The notes below the pieces were generated by a model. That model made no database searches. It was not told where the DNA came from and worked only from the letters and a program-made list of their open reading frames with translations. Shown piece by piece: positions 17,479-26,000 of a stretch of 64,000 bases of DNA. The DNA lies in the IMG/VR virus record IMGVR_UViG_3300045988_183236, positions 35,677-99,676 of that record; one strand, written 5' to 3'. This DNA is from a virus. Made by a program: the position numbers and the translations under genes. Within the stretch, counting starts at the first letter, position 1; the number at the start of each line of letters is the position of its first letter.

Positions 17479-17561
17479 ACAAAAGGATGGGGCGGGACCG
17501 AAATCCCGCCCCACAGCAAGGAGAAAAAACTATCGATTACCGTTAGTTAGAGGATGGCAAA

Positions 17562-18695
17562 TTAGTGGATGCCCAGGGAAGCGGCATAAGCAGCTTCACG
17601 AGCGGCAACCTGTGCCTGCAGAGCAGCGATGGAAGCGGCATAAGCGGCTTCACGCTTTTCAGCAGCAGCCTGAGCTTCAGAGGTAGAAGCGTACTGGGGT
17701 TCATTGCCGGCCAGAGTGCCAGCATAACCCTTGACGCCATCAGCGCCCTTGACAGTCAGGACTTCGTGACCACAATGGTCACAGACGTAAACGTTACCTT
17801 TGCGGGTCCAGTTGTGATAGCCACAGCTGGTGCAGACGGTGTACTCATTGCCCCAGGTGCCATTGGCAATAGCGGCGGCAATTTCACCGTGCTCAGAGAC
17901 TTCAACGTTCTTGTGAGGAGCGGTCGGAGTAGTGGTGGTAGTACCGTTGCCCTTGTTGGAGCCGGTAGAAGTGTTGTCCTTACCGGTGTTGTCCTTATCG
18001 GGGGCCACTACGTCGCCCTTGTCATCGGGAGTGGTGGTGCCGCTGTCGCCGGTATTGTCGCCCTTGTTGTCGCCCTTATCGTCGGGGTTGGTGACATCGC
18101 CCTTGTCATCGCCCTTGTTGTCATCCTTGCCGTCATCGGGAGTGGATGCAGAAGTGGCTTTCAGGGTCAGGACGTTGTCGTGGATGTCGTCGCCCAGGTA
18201 GTAGAACAGGCGGTCATGGTTCAGGCTCTTGCTGGATGCGGTGTAAGTATCACCGGAATCCGTGGTCCAGGCTTCAACGCTCTGACCATCAACGCTGCCG
18301 GGGAAAGTGGCAGTGTCAGTTTCGGTCAGCACAGTGTTGCCGTCAATCTGATAGTTGATGGTGATGGAACGCGGATTACCTTCGGCCGCATAGCAGGAAG
18401 TGATGCCGTCAGCGGTGAACCACTGGTCAACTGCATCGTACGGCAGAGTGTCGCCGGGATAGTAGTTGTAGGTGTAGCCGCCGTGGCCCTGCAGGGTAAT
18501 CCAGTAACCGTAGTCATACTGGCTTGCCGGGAACGTCATAGAGCCGCCCGGAGCCAGGTCCTGGGAAGAACCGTTGCTGAAAGAGAAATGATAGGTGTCG
18601 CCGGTGGCTGCGAATGCTGCGACAGGCAGACAAGTTGCCATCATACCGGCTGCTGCAATCCCTGCGATTGCTTTGATGATTTTCTGATTACTCAT
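17562..18695 (-). CDS. secreted protein with Asp/Lys-rich (PDDKGD) repeats and C-terminal Cys4 zinc-ribbon-like motif
   Basis: Start MSNQKIIK (AAAGGAG RBS), signal peptide ...LPVAAFAATG; low-complexity DDKGD repeats; CTSCGYHNW...CDHCGH. Confidence 0.55.
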   Translation of the reverse strand: MSNQKIIKAIAGIAAAGMMATCLPVAAFAATGDTYHFSFSNGSSQDLAPGGSMTFPASQYDYGYWITLQGHGGYTYNYYPGDTLPYDAVDQWFTADGITSCYAAEGNPRSITINYQIDGNTVLTETDTATFPGSVDGQSVEAWTTDSGDTYTASSKSLNHDRLFYYLGDDIHDNVLTLKATSASTPDDGKDDNKGDDKGDVTNPDDKGDNKGDNTGDSGTTTPDDKGDVVAPDKDNTGKDNTSTGSNKGNGTTTTTPTAPHKNVEVSEHGEIAAAIANGTWGNEYTVCTSCGYHNWTRKGNVYVCDHCGHEVLTVKGADGVKGYAGTLAGNEPQYASTSEAQAAAEKREAAYAASIAALQAQVAAREAAYAASLGIH

Positions 18696-18795
18696 GCTGT
18701 GTACTCCTTTGCTTTTTTGATTTTTTCGTCTATTTATCTGCATTTATTCAGATACCGGTTTGAAAGAAATCAGCCGCAGCTTTGCTGCGTTGCCC

Positions 18796-18855
18796 ACCAT
18801 CTGCCACGTGGAGGCTTTCTCATGGATGGTTGACGAAGCAGATATGTGCTTCGCC
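18796..18855. other. conserved covarying hairpin motif, instance 1 (core GCCACGTGGAGGC) plus second hairpin
   Basis: ACCATC-tGCCACGTGGAGGCtttctcat-GATGGT then CGAAGCA-gatatg-TGCTTCG; in 5' leader of gene 17562-18695. Confidence 0.4.
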
Positions 18856-19054
18856 AGTGTCGCAACCGTCTTCGCCACTCGACACAATTTCGGTTTGAAT
18901 TTATCCCCGTAAAATCGCATGTCCATGCTGCGCGGAGAGGATAAAATTCTTCGTGGTATGGTTTCGGAGTTCCGCGCCTGATTGGCCGTACTACACGCAA
19001 TGCAGTACAATACCCCAGATACCTTTGGCGAAAGGAAGCGAAAGGGTGTCTGGA

Positions 19055-19130
19055 TGGAGAAGGGAGATGGCCTCGAACCATCGATACCCTGCTTTGCGGC
19101 AGGTGCTTTATCCAGCTAAGCTATCCCTCC
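19055..19130 (-). tRNA. tRNA-Cys(GCA)-like with non-canonical anticodon loop (6-nt CGCAAA or 8-nt CCGCAAAG; no U33)
   Basis: GGAGGGA-TA-GCTT...AAGC-A-CCTGC-CGCAAA-GCAGG-GTATC-GATGG-TTCGAGG-CCATC-TCCCTTC-T-CCA; 76 nt. Confidence 0.5.
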
Positions 19131-19160
19131 ATGATGGCGGGTCAAGCCCGCCAAATAGCG

Positions 19161-19553
19161 TTACGCAAACTGGAAGTCGCCGTACTGAGTCACGGCGCGT
19201 TCCAGGCGCAGAGGAATGGTTTTTGTGCTCTTCTGAGTGATGTCTTCGCGTGCTACCTGAGCTTCACTCACGCCAGCCGCCTGCAGGACTTCATACAGAT
19301 TGGAAGGACCAGTACCAGCATAACCGCAAGTCAAGCCATTAACCTGAAGTGTAAAGCCGTGCAGATGCGGTGCCAAGCCGGGCACGAAATCAAGTTCGAC
19401 AATGACCTCATCGCTCTTATCGTTCACACGATTGACCGAGATGGCGCGGACGTTCTGATTGCCAAGCATCCCAATCAGCTTTTTGGCTGCTGCAGCGGTT
19501 TCAATGGTAGTTGTACCTTCGACATTGATAATTGCCTGTTCCATAAGTTTCAT
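19161..19553 (-). CDS. hypothetical protein
   Basis: 130 aa ORF between tRNA genes. Confidence 0.45.
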   Translation of the reverse strand: MKLMEQAIINVEGTTTIETAAAAKKLIGMLGNQNVRAISVNRVNDKSDEVIVELDFVPGLAPHLHGFTLQVNGLTCGYAGTGPSNLYEVLQAAGVSEAQVAREDITQKSTKTIPLRLERAVTQYGDFQFA

Positions 19554-19582
19554 CTCCTTTCTATTATCGCTTCATTGGGTAA

Positions 19583-19658
19583 TGGGGCTTGATGGCAGGT
19601 TCGAACTGCCGACCTGCGCGTTACGAATGCGCTGCTCTACCAACTGAGCTAATCGAGC
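19583..19658 (-). tRNA. tRNA-Thr(CGT)
   Basis: GCTCGAT-TA-GCTCAGTTGGTAGAGC-A-GCGCA-TTCGTAA-CGCGC...GGCAG-TTCGAAC-CTGCC-ATCAAGC-C-CCA. Confidence 0.65.
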
Positions 19659-19930
19659 ACGATAGGGTGTTTTATGCTGGTCACCCCTTGAGCGAGAAGC
19701 CAACTCGCATCCAGCACCATTCGATAGCTGCATCGATGGATTCTGCTTTATACCCTTTCCGCTGTTTTCCGGTCTTATTCGCGACTAACACCGGGACTTT
19801 CGAATACTTTCAGGCACAGCACCTGTTTGTCTATTATTTTTGAGGCTGTCTCATCGACATTTGGACAGCGGACCACAAGTGGACCATGCTCACCAAGTTT
19901 AACGTCGTGGCGTACGGTGACTGCGACGTG

Positions 19931-20005
19931 TGGAGCAAGTAGCGGGGGTCGAACCCGCGTCTCCGCCTTGGAGGGGCGGAGTATTAGCCGTTATACGATA
20001 CCTGC
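19931..20005 (-). tRNA. tRNA-Gly(TCC) with C33 (loop CCTCCAA)
   Basis: GCAGGTA-TC-GTATAACGGCTAATAC-T-CCGCC-CCTCCAA-GGCGG...GCGGG-TTCGACC-CCCGC-TACTTGC-T-CCA. Confidence 0.6.
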
Positions 20006-20374
20006 ATAAAATTGCGGGTGAACCCTCACTTAGCCCCGCCATGACATCCGTTTAGTAGGTCGTCATCCCCGGATGTCATCTTCACACCACCTGACAATCT
20101 TGCGAACCTCATCGTTGACGATACGCGAGAATCCAAGAAAGCGCTTGGGTGTTGGTCAACTTCAAATTTTGAGCCCTGTCGTTGATTCCCTGTCAAATCG
20201 GGTTAACGGTTGTCGTTGGGCTGTGTGTGAGACTGCGGCGAAACTTACCAGTTGCCGTGCAGCAATCTCGCCTTTACGGCTGTGTCGCGTCTGGATGCGC
20301 CCCGACTTGACGGGGATGCTCGTACGTTTGCATGCTTCTAAGACATTCGTCAGCAGCCGCAAGAGCCGCTGTCC

Positions 20375-20408
20375 GCCACCCGCCACGAGGAGGCCGCCTT
20401 AATGGGTG
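20375..20408. other. conserved hairpin motif, instance 4 (core GCCACGAGGAGGC)
   Basis: CCACCC-GCCACGAGGAGGCcgccttaat-GGGTGG; flanked by direct repeat ctgtccgcca. Confidence 0.35.
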
Positions 20409-20478
20409 GCATGCTGTCCGCCAGATGTTGTGTATAGCATCGTATCATGTGATTTCGATACATCCAACGGATAGCGTC

Positions 20479-20554
20479 TGGAGCTGGAAATCGGACTTGA
20501 ACCGATGACCGACTGATTACAAATCAGTTGCTCTACCAGCTGAGCTAAACCAGC
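20479..20554 (-). tRNA. tRNA-Thr(TGT) (two mismatches at base of acceptor stem)
   Basis: GCTGGTT-TA-GCTCAGCTGGTAGAGC-A-ACTGA-TTTGTAA-TCAGT...ATCGG-TTCAAGT-CCGAT-TTCCAGC-T-CCA. Confidence 0.55.
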
Positions 20555-20600
20555 AAATACAAACATTAGCCAGATGCCCGGAACACGGAAACATCTGTTG

Positions 20601-20660
20601 CCCACCGTCCGCCGCGTGGAGGCTGTTTGCTTGGACGGCTGGCGCGGAGTTACCCGCGCC
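20601..20660. other. conserved hairpin motif, instance 2 (core GCCGCGTGGAGGC) plus GC hairpin
   Basis: CCGTCC-GCCGCGTGGAGGCtgtttgctt-GGACGG then GGCGCGG-agtta-CCCGCGCC. Confidence 0.4.
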
Positions 20661-21104
20661 AAAGAAAGGAAGGATATTACTATGAAACGGATGATTTTCA
20701 CGCTTCACCTGTGTCAGCTCAAATGAAGCCATGCGACCAAGATTGGGGAAAGGAAAACCTTGATGTCTCAGGAGCCGTTCCTCTTCCTGAGAACAATTGT
20801 ATTATACCATATATGTGGTATCCGGTCAATGAAAAGACACAATATATAGTGTCTAAATTGTAAACAAACATTAAGATACCACTATATCTTGTGGTTGGGG
20901 CAAGCGCATCAAAAATGCCTTGTGGTTCCGGCAGATTGCAGGAAAGTCAGCAAATTTTTAGCCGAACCTACCATGGAAACCACAGCGCCACTTTTCGCGT
21001 ATAGGTCGGCAATGGAATCTTCCTGCCCCTATGGTTAGTCCTTCCCAAGAAAACGCACCCACTGTGTACGCTTGATTGGCTTGCTGTCGAAAGCACAGTG
21101 CTCG

Positions 21105-21617
21105 TCATGATAATCCGGCATCAGTTTCCGCTGGAAACACCTCGTACACGCTGACATACAGCATCCCCGGCTTGTAGTCAGCGTACTCAACCGAGCGTTT
21201 TTGGTCGTATACTTTCACGTCTGAGTCATCGTCCGCCGTGAGCCAAAGATACTTGACGTGCTCAGCATAGCGCGGGTCTTCGATACGATAGCTCTGCCCC
21301 TCTTTGATTTTCAAATGACGTGCATTTGCTTGGGCACGCGAAAACTCAACGAATGCGCCGTAGTCGCCAATCACGATTCGGTTATACCCGCTGGCAATGA
21401 CCGTGCCGCTTCTGGTTTCGAGTTTGGTCGTATCGCCGGACATATTGCACCATTCCGGCAAAGTTTCTTCAAATTCTGCCCGCACATCCTTGAAAAAGGT
21501 ACGTGGGATGGGCTTGTACTTGTATTCGTAGGCAAGCTGCTCTTGAAATTTGAGCATTCGAATGCCGGTCTCTGAGATTTCATGCTTCATCATTAACTCA
21601 TCCACCTTTTTTCCCAC
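21105..21617 (-). CDS. hypothetical protein
   Basis: 170 aa ORF. Confidence 0.45.
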   Translation of the reverse strand: MGKKVDELMMKHEISETGIRMLKFQEQLAYEYKYKPIPRTFFKDVRAEFEETLPEWCNMSGDTTKLETRSGTVIASGYNRIVIGDYGAFVEFSRAQANARHLKIKEGQSYRIEDPRYAEHVKYLWLTADDDSDVKVYDQKRSVEYADYKPGMLYVSVYEVFPAETDAGLS

Positions 21618-21728
21618 TGGTCGTACTCAGCGACTTCTCGTTTTACGGTTTTGCCGTCTTTCTTATATACAGTGATACGTTGTGCATAGTTCACCGTGTG
21701 CTTTTGTAGCTGTTGCAGGGCTTCTTTC

Positions 21729-21938
21729 TCAGAGTTCACCTGCTTCATCCAGAACAACTTTCCCCTGCTCACCGTAGTCACCCGTATAGCTGCTTCGGAT
21801 GATTCGTGCGGCACGGTCATTCTCCTGCTCTTCGTAGGCTTTGACAATAAAATCGACATATGCTTTGAACTTCTGCTCGTCACCGTCTCGATGTGCTTCA
21901 ATGAGTTTTCCAATCGTCACAACGTTGATTTGGTTCAT
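21729..21938 (-). CDS. hypothetical small protein
   Basis: 69 aa ORF; overlapping alternative ORF 21593-21913 makes exact gene model uncertain. Confidence 0.35.
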   Translation of the reverse strand: MNQINVVTIGKLIEAHRDGDEQKFKAYVDFIVKAYEEQENDRAARIIRSSYTGDYGEQGKVVLDEAGEL

Positions 21939-22023
21939 GATTTTTTGTCCTCTCTTTCCATACTTTAATTATACTCTTCCGTCAGACTGAAGTGTGATTT
22001 TCTAACGATTGTTAGCGAAAAAT

Positions 22024-22701
22024 TCATAATTTGAAAGGGCAAAAGCTGAACGTTGGAACGTCTGAATCAGGGTTTTCAACCTGGTATTTGATGACTCTTT
22101 TTTGCGCCCCTAAAGCCTTGTATGTCTGCTCAGCATTCACGCATAAGCCGTTGGCAAAGAAGAGAGTGGAACCATTGCGTTCACTGATATTTTCGGCAGA
22201 ATACATTTTTGGCTTTCTGATTCCGGGGTCAAGATGGATTCCACCACGCATCAGCTTTTCAGCATAGAACCAGACATCAACGCGGGAGAAAATGTAAAGC
22301 AGCTGCGTGGTTCTGAAATAATAGAGAATCTGGTCCGCACCACTCCTGTATACCCAGCCCGGGGTGTGCCATAAAGGGTCGATGCCATCCCGATACCGCC
22401 GCGCCACCCGTTGTTCGTTCAGAGCGTCAGGCACCATGGAGAAGTAGTCCACCGAGGTTTCCAGGTAGAAATTTCCGGTATTGTGACTGTCCACTTTCGC
22501 TTCCAGGCCAAAGGTCTTACCATTCTTCTTCCAGACAATGAAATCGGTATCTTTGTCTTGATATGATTTATCCTGAGTCACGTCATCGTAATGGCTAATA
22601 CCATGATTCACTTTGATAATCGGGTCGTTAAGGAATTTAAGGAATTTGCGAGCCAAGTCTTCTCCGAATTTTCCCTCATCGAGTTGCTTTGACATCTTAA
22701 A
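22024..22701 (-). CDS. PD-(D/E)XK nuclease-like protein
   Basis: Start likely MIAWEE/MSKQLD after AAA gene stop; DTDFIVWKKNGKTFGLEAKVD fits D...E-x-K restriction-endonuclease-like motif. Confidence 0.45.
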   Translation of the reverse strand, partial: FKMSKQLDEGKFGEDLARKFLKFLNDPIIKVNHGISHYDDVTQDKSYQDKDTDFIVWKKNGKTFGLEAKVDSHNTGNFYLETSVDYFSMVPDALNEQRVARRYRDGIDPLWHTPGWVYRSGADQILYYFRTTQLLYIFSRVDVWFYAEKLMRGGIHLDPGIRKPKMYSAENISERNGSTLFFANGLCVNAEQTYKALGAQKRVIKYQVENPDSDVPTFSFCPFKL

Positions 22702-22735
22702 CTGACGAGGGCTTTCTTCCCAGGCTATCATACTT

Positions 22736-23650
22736 TTACACGGCATCTGCCGAATTTTCAGGCAGCTGCGATACGATATGTGCAACGATACGTTCTGTAC
22801 AGGCATTGACAACGGCGCTGGCAGTCCGCTGTTCACGCAGCGAATGGCAGAGTTCGTCGAGTTCGGATTCCGTGAAGGGATAGTCTGCCGAAGCAAGGAA
22901 CTTCTTGCACAGTTCTTTCATGTCATCGTCGCCTAAAGGCTTGACGCGGTGTTTGAAAGTGAATCGGCGAATGAGGGCTTCGTCAAGGTTATCGACGCGG
23001 TTTGTGGTGCCGATGAGAATGACATCGTTTGGGAGCCGGTCCAATTCCTGCATCAAAGCAATGGTGACGCGGCTCATTTCAGCGACATCATCGCGGCTGC
23101 CACGGCACATTCCGATAGCATCAATTTCGTCAACGCAGAGAACGCAGGGCGTGCGCTTTGCGTAATCGAACACTCTGCCGATGTTCTGCTGTGTCCGGCC
23201 AAGAGCAGAATTGACAAGGCCAGAAAATTTCAGGAAAACAAACGGTAAATTCGCCTTGTGTGCAATGTAGCGGGCCAATTCAGTCTTACCAACACCAGGA
23301 AGGCCCGTCAAAAGCAAAGAGCAAGTATAGTGGATGCCAAGCTCCTTGATGGCTAAAGCTGCTTTTCTGGTGGCCAAGAGCTTGTTGATGACTGTTTCTT
23401 CCTCCTCGCGGAGCAGGAACCGGCTCTCAGGGAAATTTGTAGCGTCCTCCGCAATCAAGAGACTTTCCAGGTTGGCAGGCAGCTGAATGAGTTCCGGTTT
23501 CAAAAGATTCAGCTTTTTGAGTTCAGCCTCCTTAAACCGGGCATCTTTTTCAGGGACATTCTTTTCAAGCATGATTCGGCACTGAGTCTGTGCGTTTCGA
23601 ATATCGCCATCCACCACAAATCGAATTAAATTACGTACGTCGTCTGTCAT
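22736..23650 (-). CDS. AAA+ ATPase
   Basis: Walker A GLPGVGKTELA, Walker B VLCVDEIDAI, sensor-1 IGTTNR, Arg finger region; 304 aa. Confidence 0.7.
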   Translation of the reverse strand: MTDDVRNLIRFVVDGDIRNAQTQCRIMLEKNVPEKDARFKEAELKKLNLLKPELIQLPANLESLLIAEDATNFPESRFLLREEEETVINKLLATRKAALAIKELGIHYTCSLLLTGLPGVGKTELARYIAHKANLPFVFLKFSGLVNSALGRTQQNIGRVFDYAKRTPCVLCVDEIDAIGMCRGSRDDVAEMSRVTIALMQELDRLPNDVILIGTTNRVDNLDEALIRRFTFKHRVKPLGDDDMKELCKKFLASADYPFTESELDELCHSLREQRTASAVVNACTERIVAHIVSQLPENSADAV

Positions 23651-23669
23651 TTCATTTCCTCCTAAAAAA

Positions 23670-23700
23670 GAAATAGGCCGCCAAATGGCAGCCTGTTAAT
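23670..23700 (-). terminator. hairpin terminator-like element between HTH gene and AAA gene
   Basis: AGGCCGCCAAATGGCAGCCT with A-run upstream (minus: hairpin + UUUCUUUUUU). Confidence 0.4.
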
Positions 23701-24664
23701 ATGAGGTTATATTCTGATTTTTGTTTCTACTGCAAATAGTGTTTACCGTCGAAACAGAGAGATTATATTCAGTGGCAAGCGCCTGCACCTTCTCGCCTTC
23801 CCTGTGGCGTTTAGCAATCAGTGCATTACGTTCCGTGTTTTTTCGCGGACGGCCGCGTTTCTGTAAAATTCCAGCTCTGACATTTTCCTGATGAAACGTT
23901 TCATAAATCGCCGTTTTAGAGATTCCGTATTCCTTGGCAATAGTGCTGACCGAGACCCCTCTTTCGATTTTGCTTCGAATATCGGAATTCCTTTGATTGG
24001 TCTTGTCTTTCAGCGCCTTGTGATAGTATTCCTGACAGGTTTTTCCAATTTGGCGCATGTCCTTGTAAAGAGTGGATTTTGAAATACCGTATTTCTCACA
24101 GATGTCTTTTGAGGACGTTCCTGCCTCATAATCCGCAAGAATCGCCTTGCGCCTTTCATCCAACTTTTTGGAATTTGTATGTAAATGCCCTGCAAGGACG
24201 GTACGGACACTGCTTCGAGACAAAAAGTATTTTTTGGCGATTTCCTTATCAGTCATTCCGGCTTTCGCATCTTCCAACATAGCCGCATTGCGAACTTTCG
24301 TGGCAGCAGACTGCTTTTTCTTGTTCTTCTTAATCGTAGCTTGAGCGTATTCAGAAACAGTATAGTAGCACTGCTGATAAGTCACGCCATGCTTCTTTGC
24401 GATTTCAGCAACCGTCATCCCGGCTTTCGCATCTTGAATCATAGCTTCGTTGAGAGGTGCTCTTTTTGCTTTCTTTGCAAGATTCTTTTCTTTTGCTAGG
24501 TCTCTCACCATGGCATAACAATAAGAGCTTGAAAAATACGTTTCCTTGGCGATTTCCTTGACAGTTTTGCCAGAAAGATACATTTCCCGAACCTTTTCGC
24601 GGTCTTCTTTGACCTGCTGCTTCGCAACATCTTTCTTTGATGCAGCCATGCAATTATTCCTCAC
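23696..24664 (-). CDS. tandem HTH-repeat DNA-binding protein (6 HTH units)
   Basis: Repeats such as TVKEIAKETYFSSSYCYAMV, MTVAEIAKKHGVTYQQCYYTV, SSKDICEKYGISKSTLYKDM, VSTIAKEYGISKTAIYETF (resolvase/sigma-r4-like HTH). Confidence 0.6.
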   Translation of the reverse strand: MRNNCMAASKKDVAKQQVKEDREKVREMYLSGKTVKEIAKETYFSSSYCYAMVRDLAKEKNLAKKAKRAPLNEAMIQDAKAGMTVAEIAKKHGVTYQQCYYTVSEYAQATIKKNKKKQSAATKVRNAAMLEDAKAGMTDKEIAKKYFLSRSSVRTVLAGHLHTNSKKLDERRKAILADYEAGTSSKDICEKYGISKSTLYKDMRQIGKTCQEYYHKALKDKTNQRNSDIRSKIERGVSVSTIAKEYGISKTAIYETFHQENVRAGILQKRGRPRKNTERNALIAKRHREGEKVQALATEYNLSVSTVNTICSRNKNQNITSY

Positions 24665-25172
24665 TTTGACAACTTTTACTTTTCCCTGGGCCTGGACTAT
24701 ACCGCTTCATGGCGCGATATACGCTTCCCTTTTTGAGCCCGTATTCTTCCGCAAGCTCTTTGACAGAAACGCCGTTTTTGTATTTCCTGACCATCTCGGC
24801 GTTTCTTTTCTTGCCAGTCTCGATACGGTTTTGGCTGTGGATTTGTCGGCCATTCTTTCCGTGCGTATGAAGAATCCGATAAAAGAGCGTTCCACTGATG
24901 CCGTATTTTTCCTGGAGCTCCGGAGATTTTGCGCCCATCTCATATTCATGAATCATCTGGGTTTGCCAGGCTTTCTTCTTTGCTTTCCTCTGCCGGGCCT
25001 GTTCTTTGTAAAAGTCCTTCAGACTATATCGGACAGTAGAAACACAAATTTGATACTTTTTGGCCAGCTGTTCCTGGGACATACCGTTCTTGGCATCCTC
25101 CAGCATCTTTTCATTTCGTGCCCTGACTTTGTCATGAGTTAGACACACGTGGGTAATCTTGTTAATCGGCAT
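24654..25172 (-). CDS. tandem HTH-repeat DNA-binding protein
   Basis: MSQEQLAKKYQICVSTVRYSL, VSVKELAEEYGLKKGSVYRAM repeats; overlaps neighbours by a few nt (operon). Confidence 0.6.
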   Translation of the reverse strand: MPINKITHVCLTHDKVRARNEKMLEDAKNGMSQEQLAKKYQICVSTVRYSLKDFYKEQARQRKAKKKAWQTQMIHEYEMGAKSPELQEKYGISGTLFYRILHTHGKNGRQIHSQNRIETGKKRNAEMVRKYKNGVSVKELAEEYGLKKGSVYRAMKRYSPGPGKSKSCQSEE

Positions 25173-25689
25173 TTTCGCTATTCTCCTTAGCTCTGGCTTT
25201 TACGTTATACTGGTAAATCCCATTTTGATGAAGGATAAGGTAACCTAGTGAAGGGCTGATATTTACCTCCCTGCTCAACTCGATAATCGATTTTCGAGGA
25301 TTTTTCTTGTAAGCATCAAGAAAAGTTTGGTTCCGCATCTTTTTCTCTTTTTTGAGAGCCGTTTCAATATGATTGTATTTTTGGCTTTCGTACTCTCCGC
25401 TCGAATGCAAGATTGCATAAATACGCTGCATGGAAATGCCGTACATCTTGCCCAATTCTCTGGCCGTCATACCGCCTTTATACTGTTTAACAATTTGCTC
25501 ATTTCGAGTGGTAAGTCTCTTCCTCTTTTTTTCAAAATAACGAGGCGGCTCCTGCGTATCTTTTAGAATCTTGTAGCACATCGTTTCTGAAAGATTATAT
25601 TCCCTCGCGATTTCTAAAATCGGCTTTCCATTTTTGTAATCTTCGATGATGCTTTTATTGCGGTTCATGCGTTCTTCTTTGTTTGACAT
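25162..25689 (-). CDS. tandem HTH-repeat DNA-binding protein
   Basis: Likely start MSNKEE at 25689 (GGAGGC RBS); PILEIAREYNLSETMCYKIL, MTARELGKMYGISMQRIYAIL, SIIELSREVNISPSLGYLIL repeats. Confidence 0.55.
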   Translation of the reverse strand: MSNKEERMNRNKSIIEDYKNGKPILEIAREYNLSETMCYKILKDTQEPPRYFEKKRKRLTTRNEQIVKQYKGGMTARELGKMYGISMQRIYAILHSSGEYESQKYNHIETALKKEKKMRNQTFLDAYKKNPRKSIIELSREVNISPSLGYLILHQNGIYQYNVKARAKENSENAD

Positions 25690-25801
25690 AAAGCCTCCGA
25701 TAAAAAGAAAGAGCAGGTTCAAAACTGAGCCTGCCCTAGCCTTTCGGTCGGATTTTGCCCGACCAACGATGTTTTTTGATGCCTTTCGTTCTATATTTTG
25801 T

Positions 25802-25830
25802 ATTATATGCAATTCGCACAGATACACAAT
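25802..25830 (-). promoter_or_regulatory. TGTGCGAAT-class promoter
   Basis: RC TTGTGT-atc-TGTGCGAAT-tgca-TATAAT. Confidence 0.5.
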
Positions 25831-26000
25831 GTTTTTCTTTCTGGTAATTTATGGTATGTGATGTGCAAAAAAAATTAGACCACCACCCTTTTTGGGGTAG
25901 TGGTCTTGATTGCTATTGCTTTCGCACAATCAATTTGTATGATTTTGATTCCAACGCTTTCTGCTGAAAGAATCCGAATCAAAGTTTCGTTCTAGGAGTA

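Noticed and set aside
17565-18833. 422-aa plus-strand ORF
   Set aside because: Antisense to the signal-peptide/repeat protein gene; repeats give long open antisense frames.
20040-20460. Possible tmRNA or other large ncRNA between tRNAs
   Set aside because: No tRNA-like T-loop/acceptor module or tag-peptide reading frame found; left only as structured spacer.
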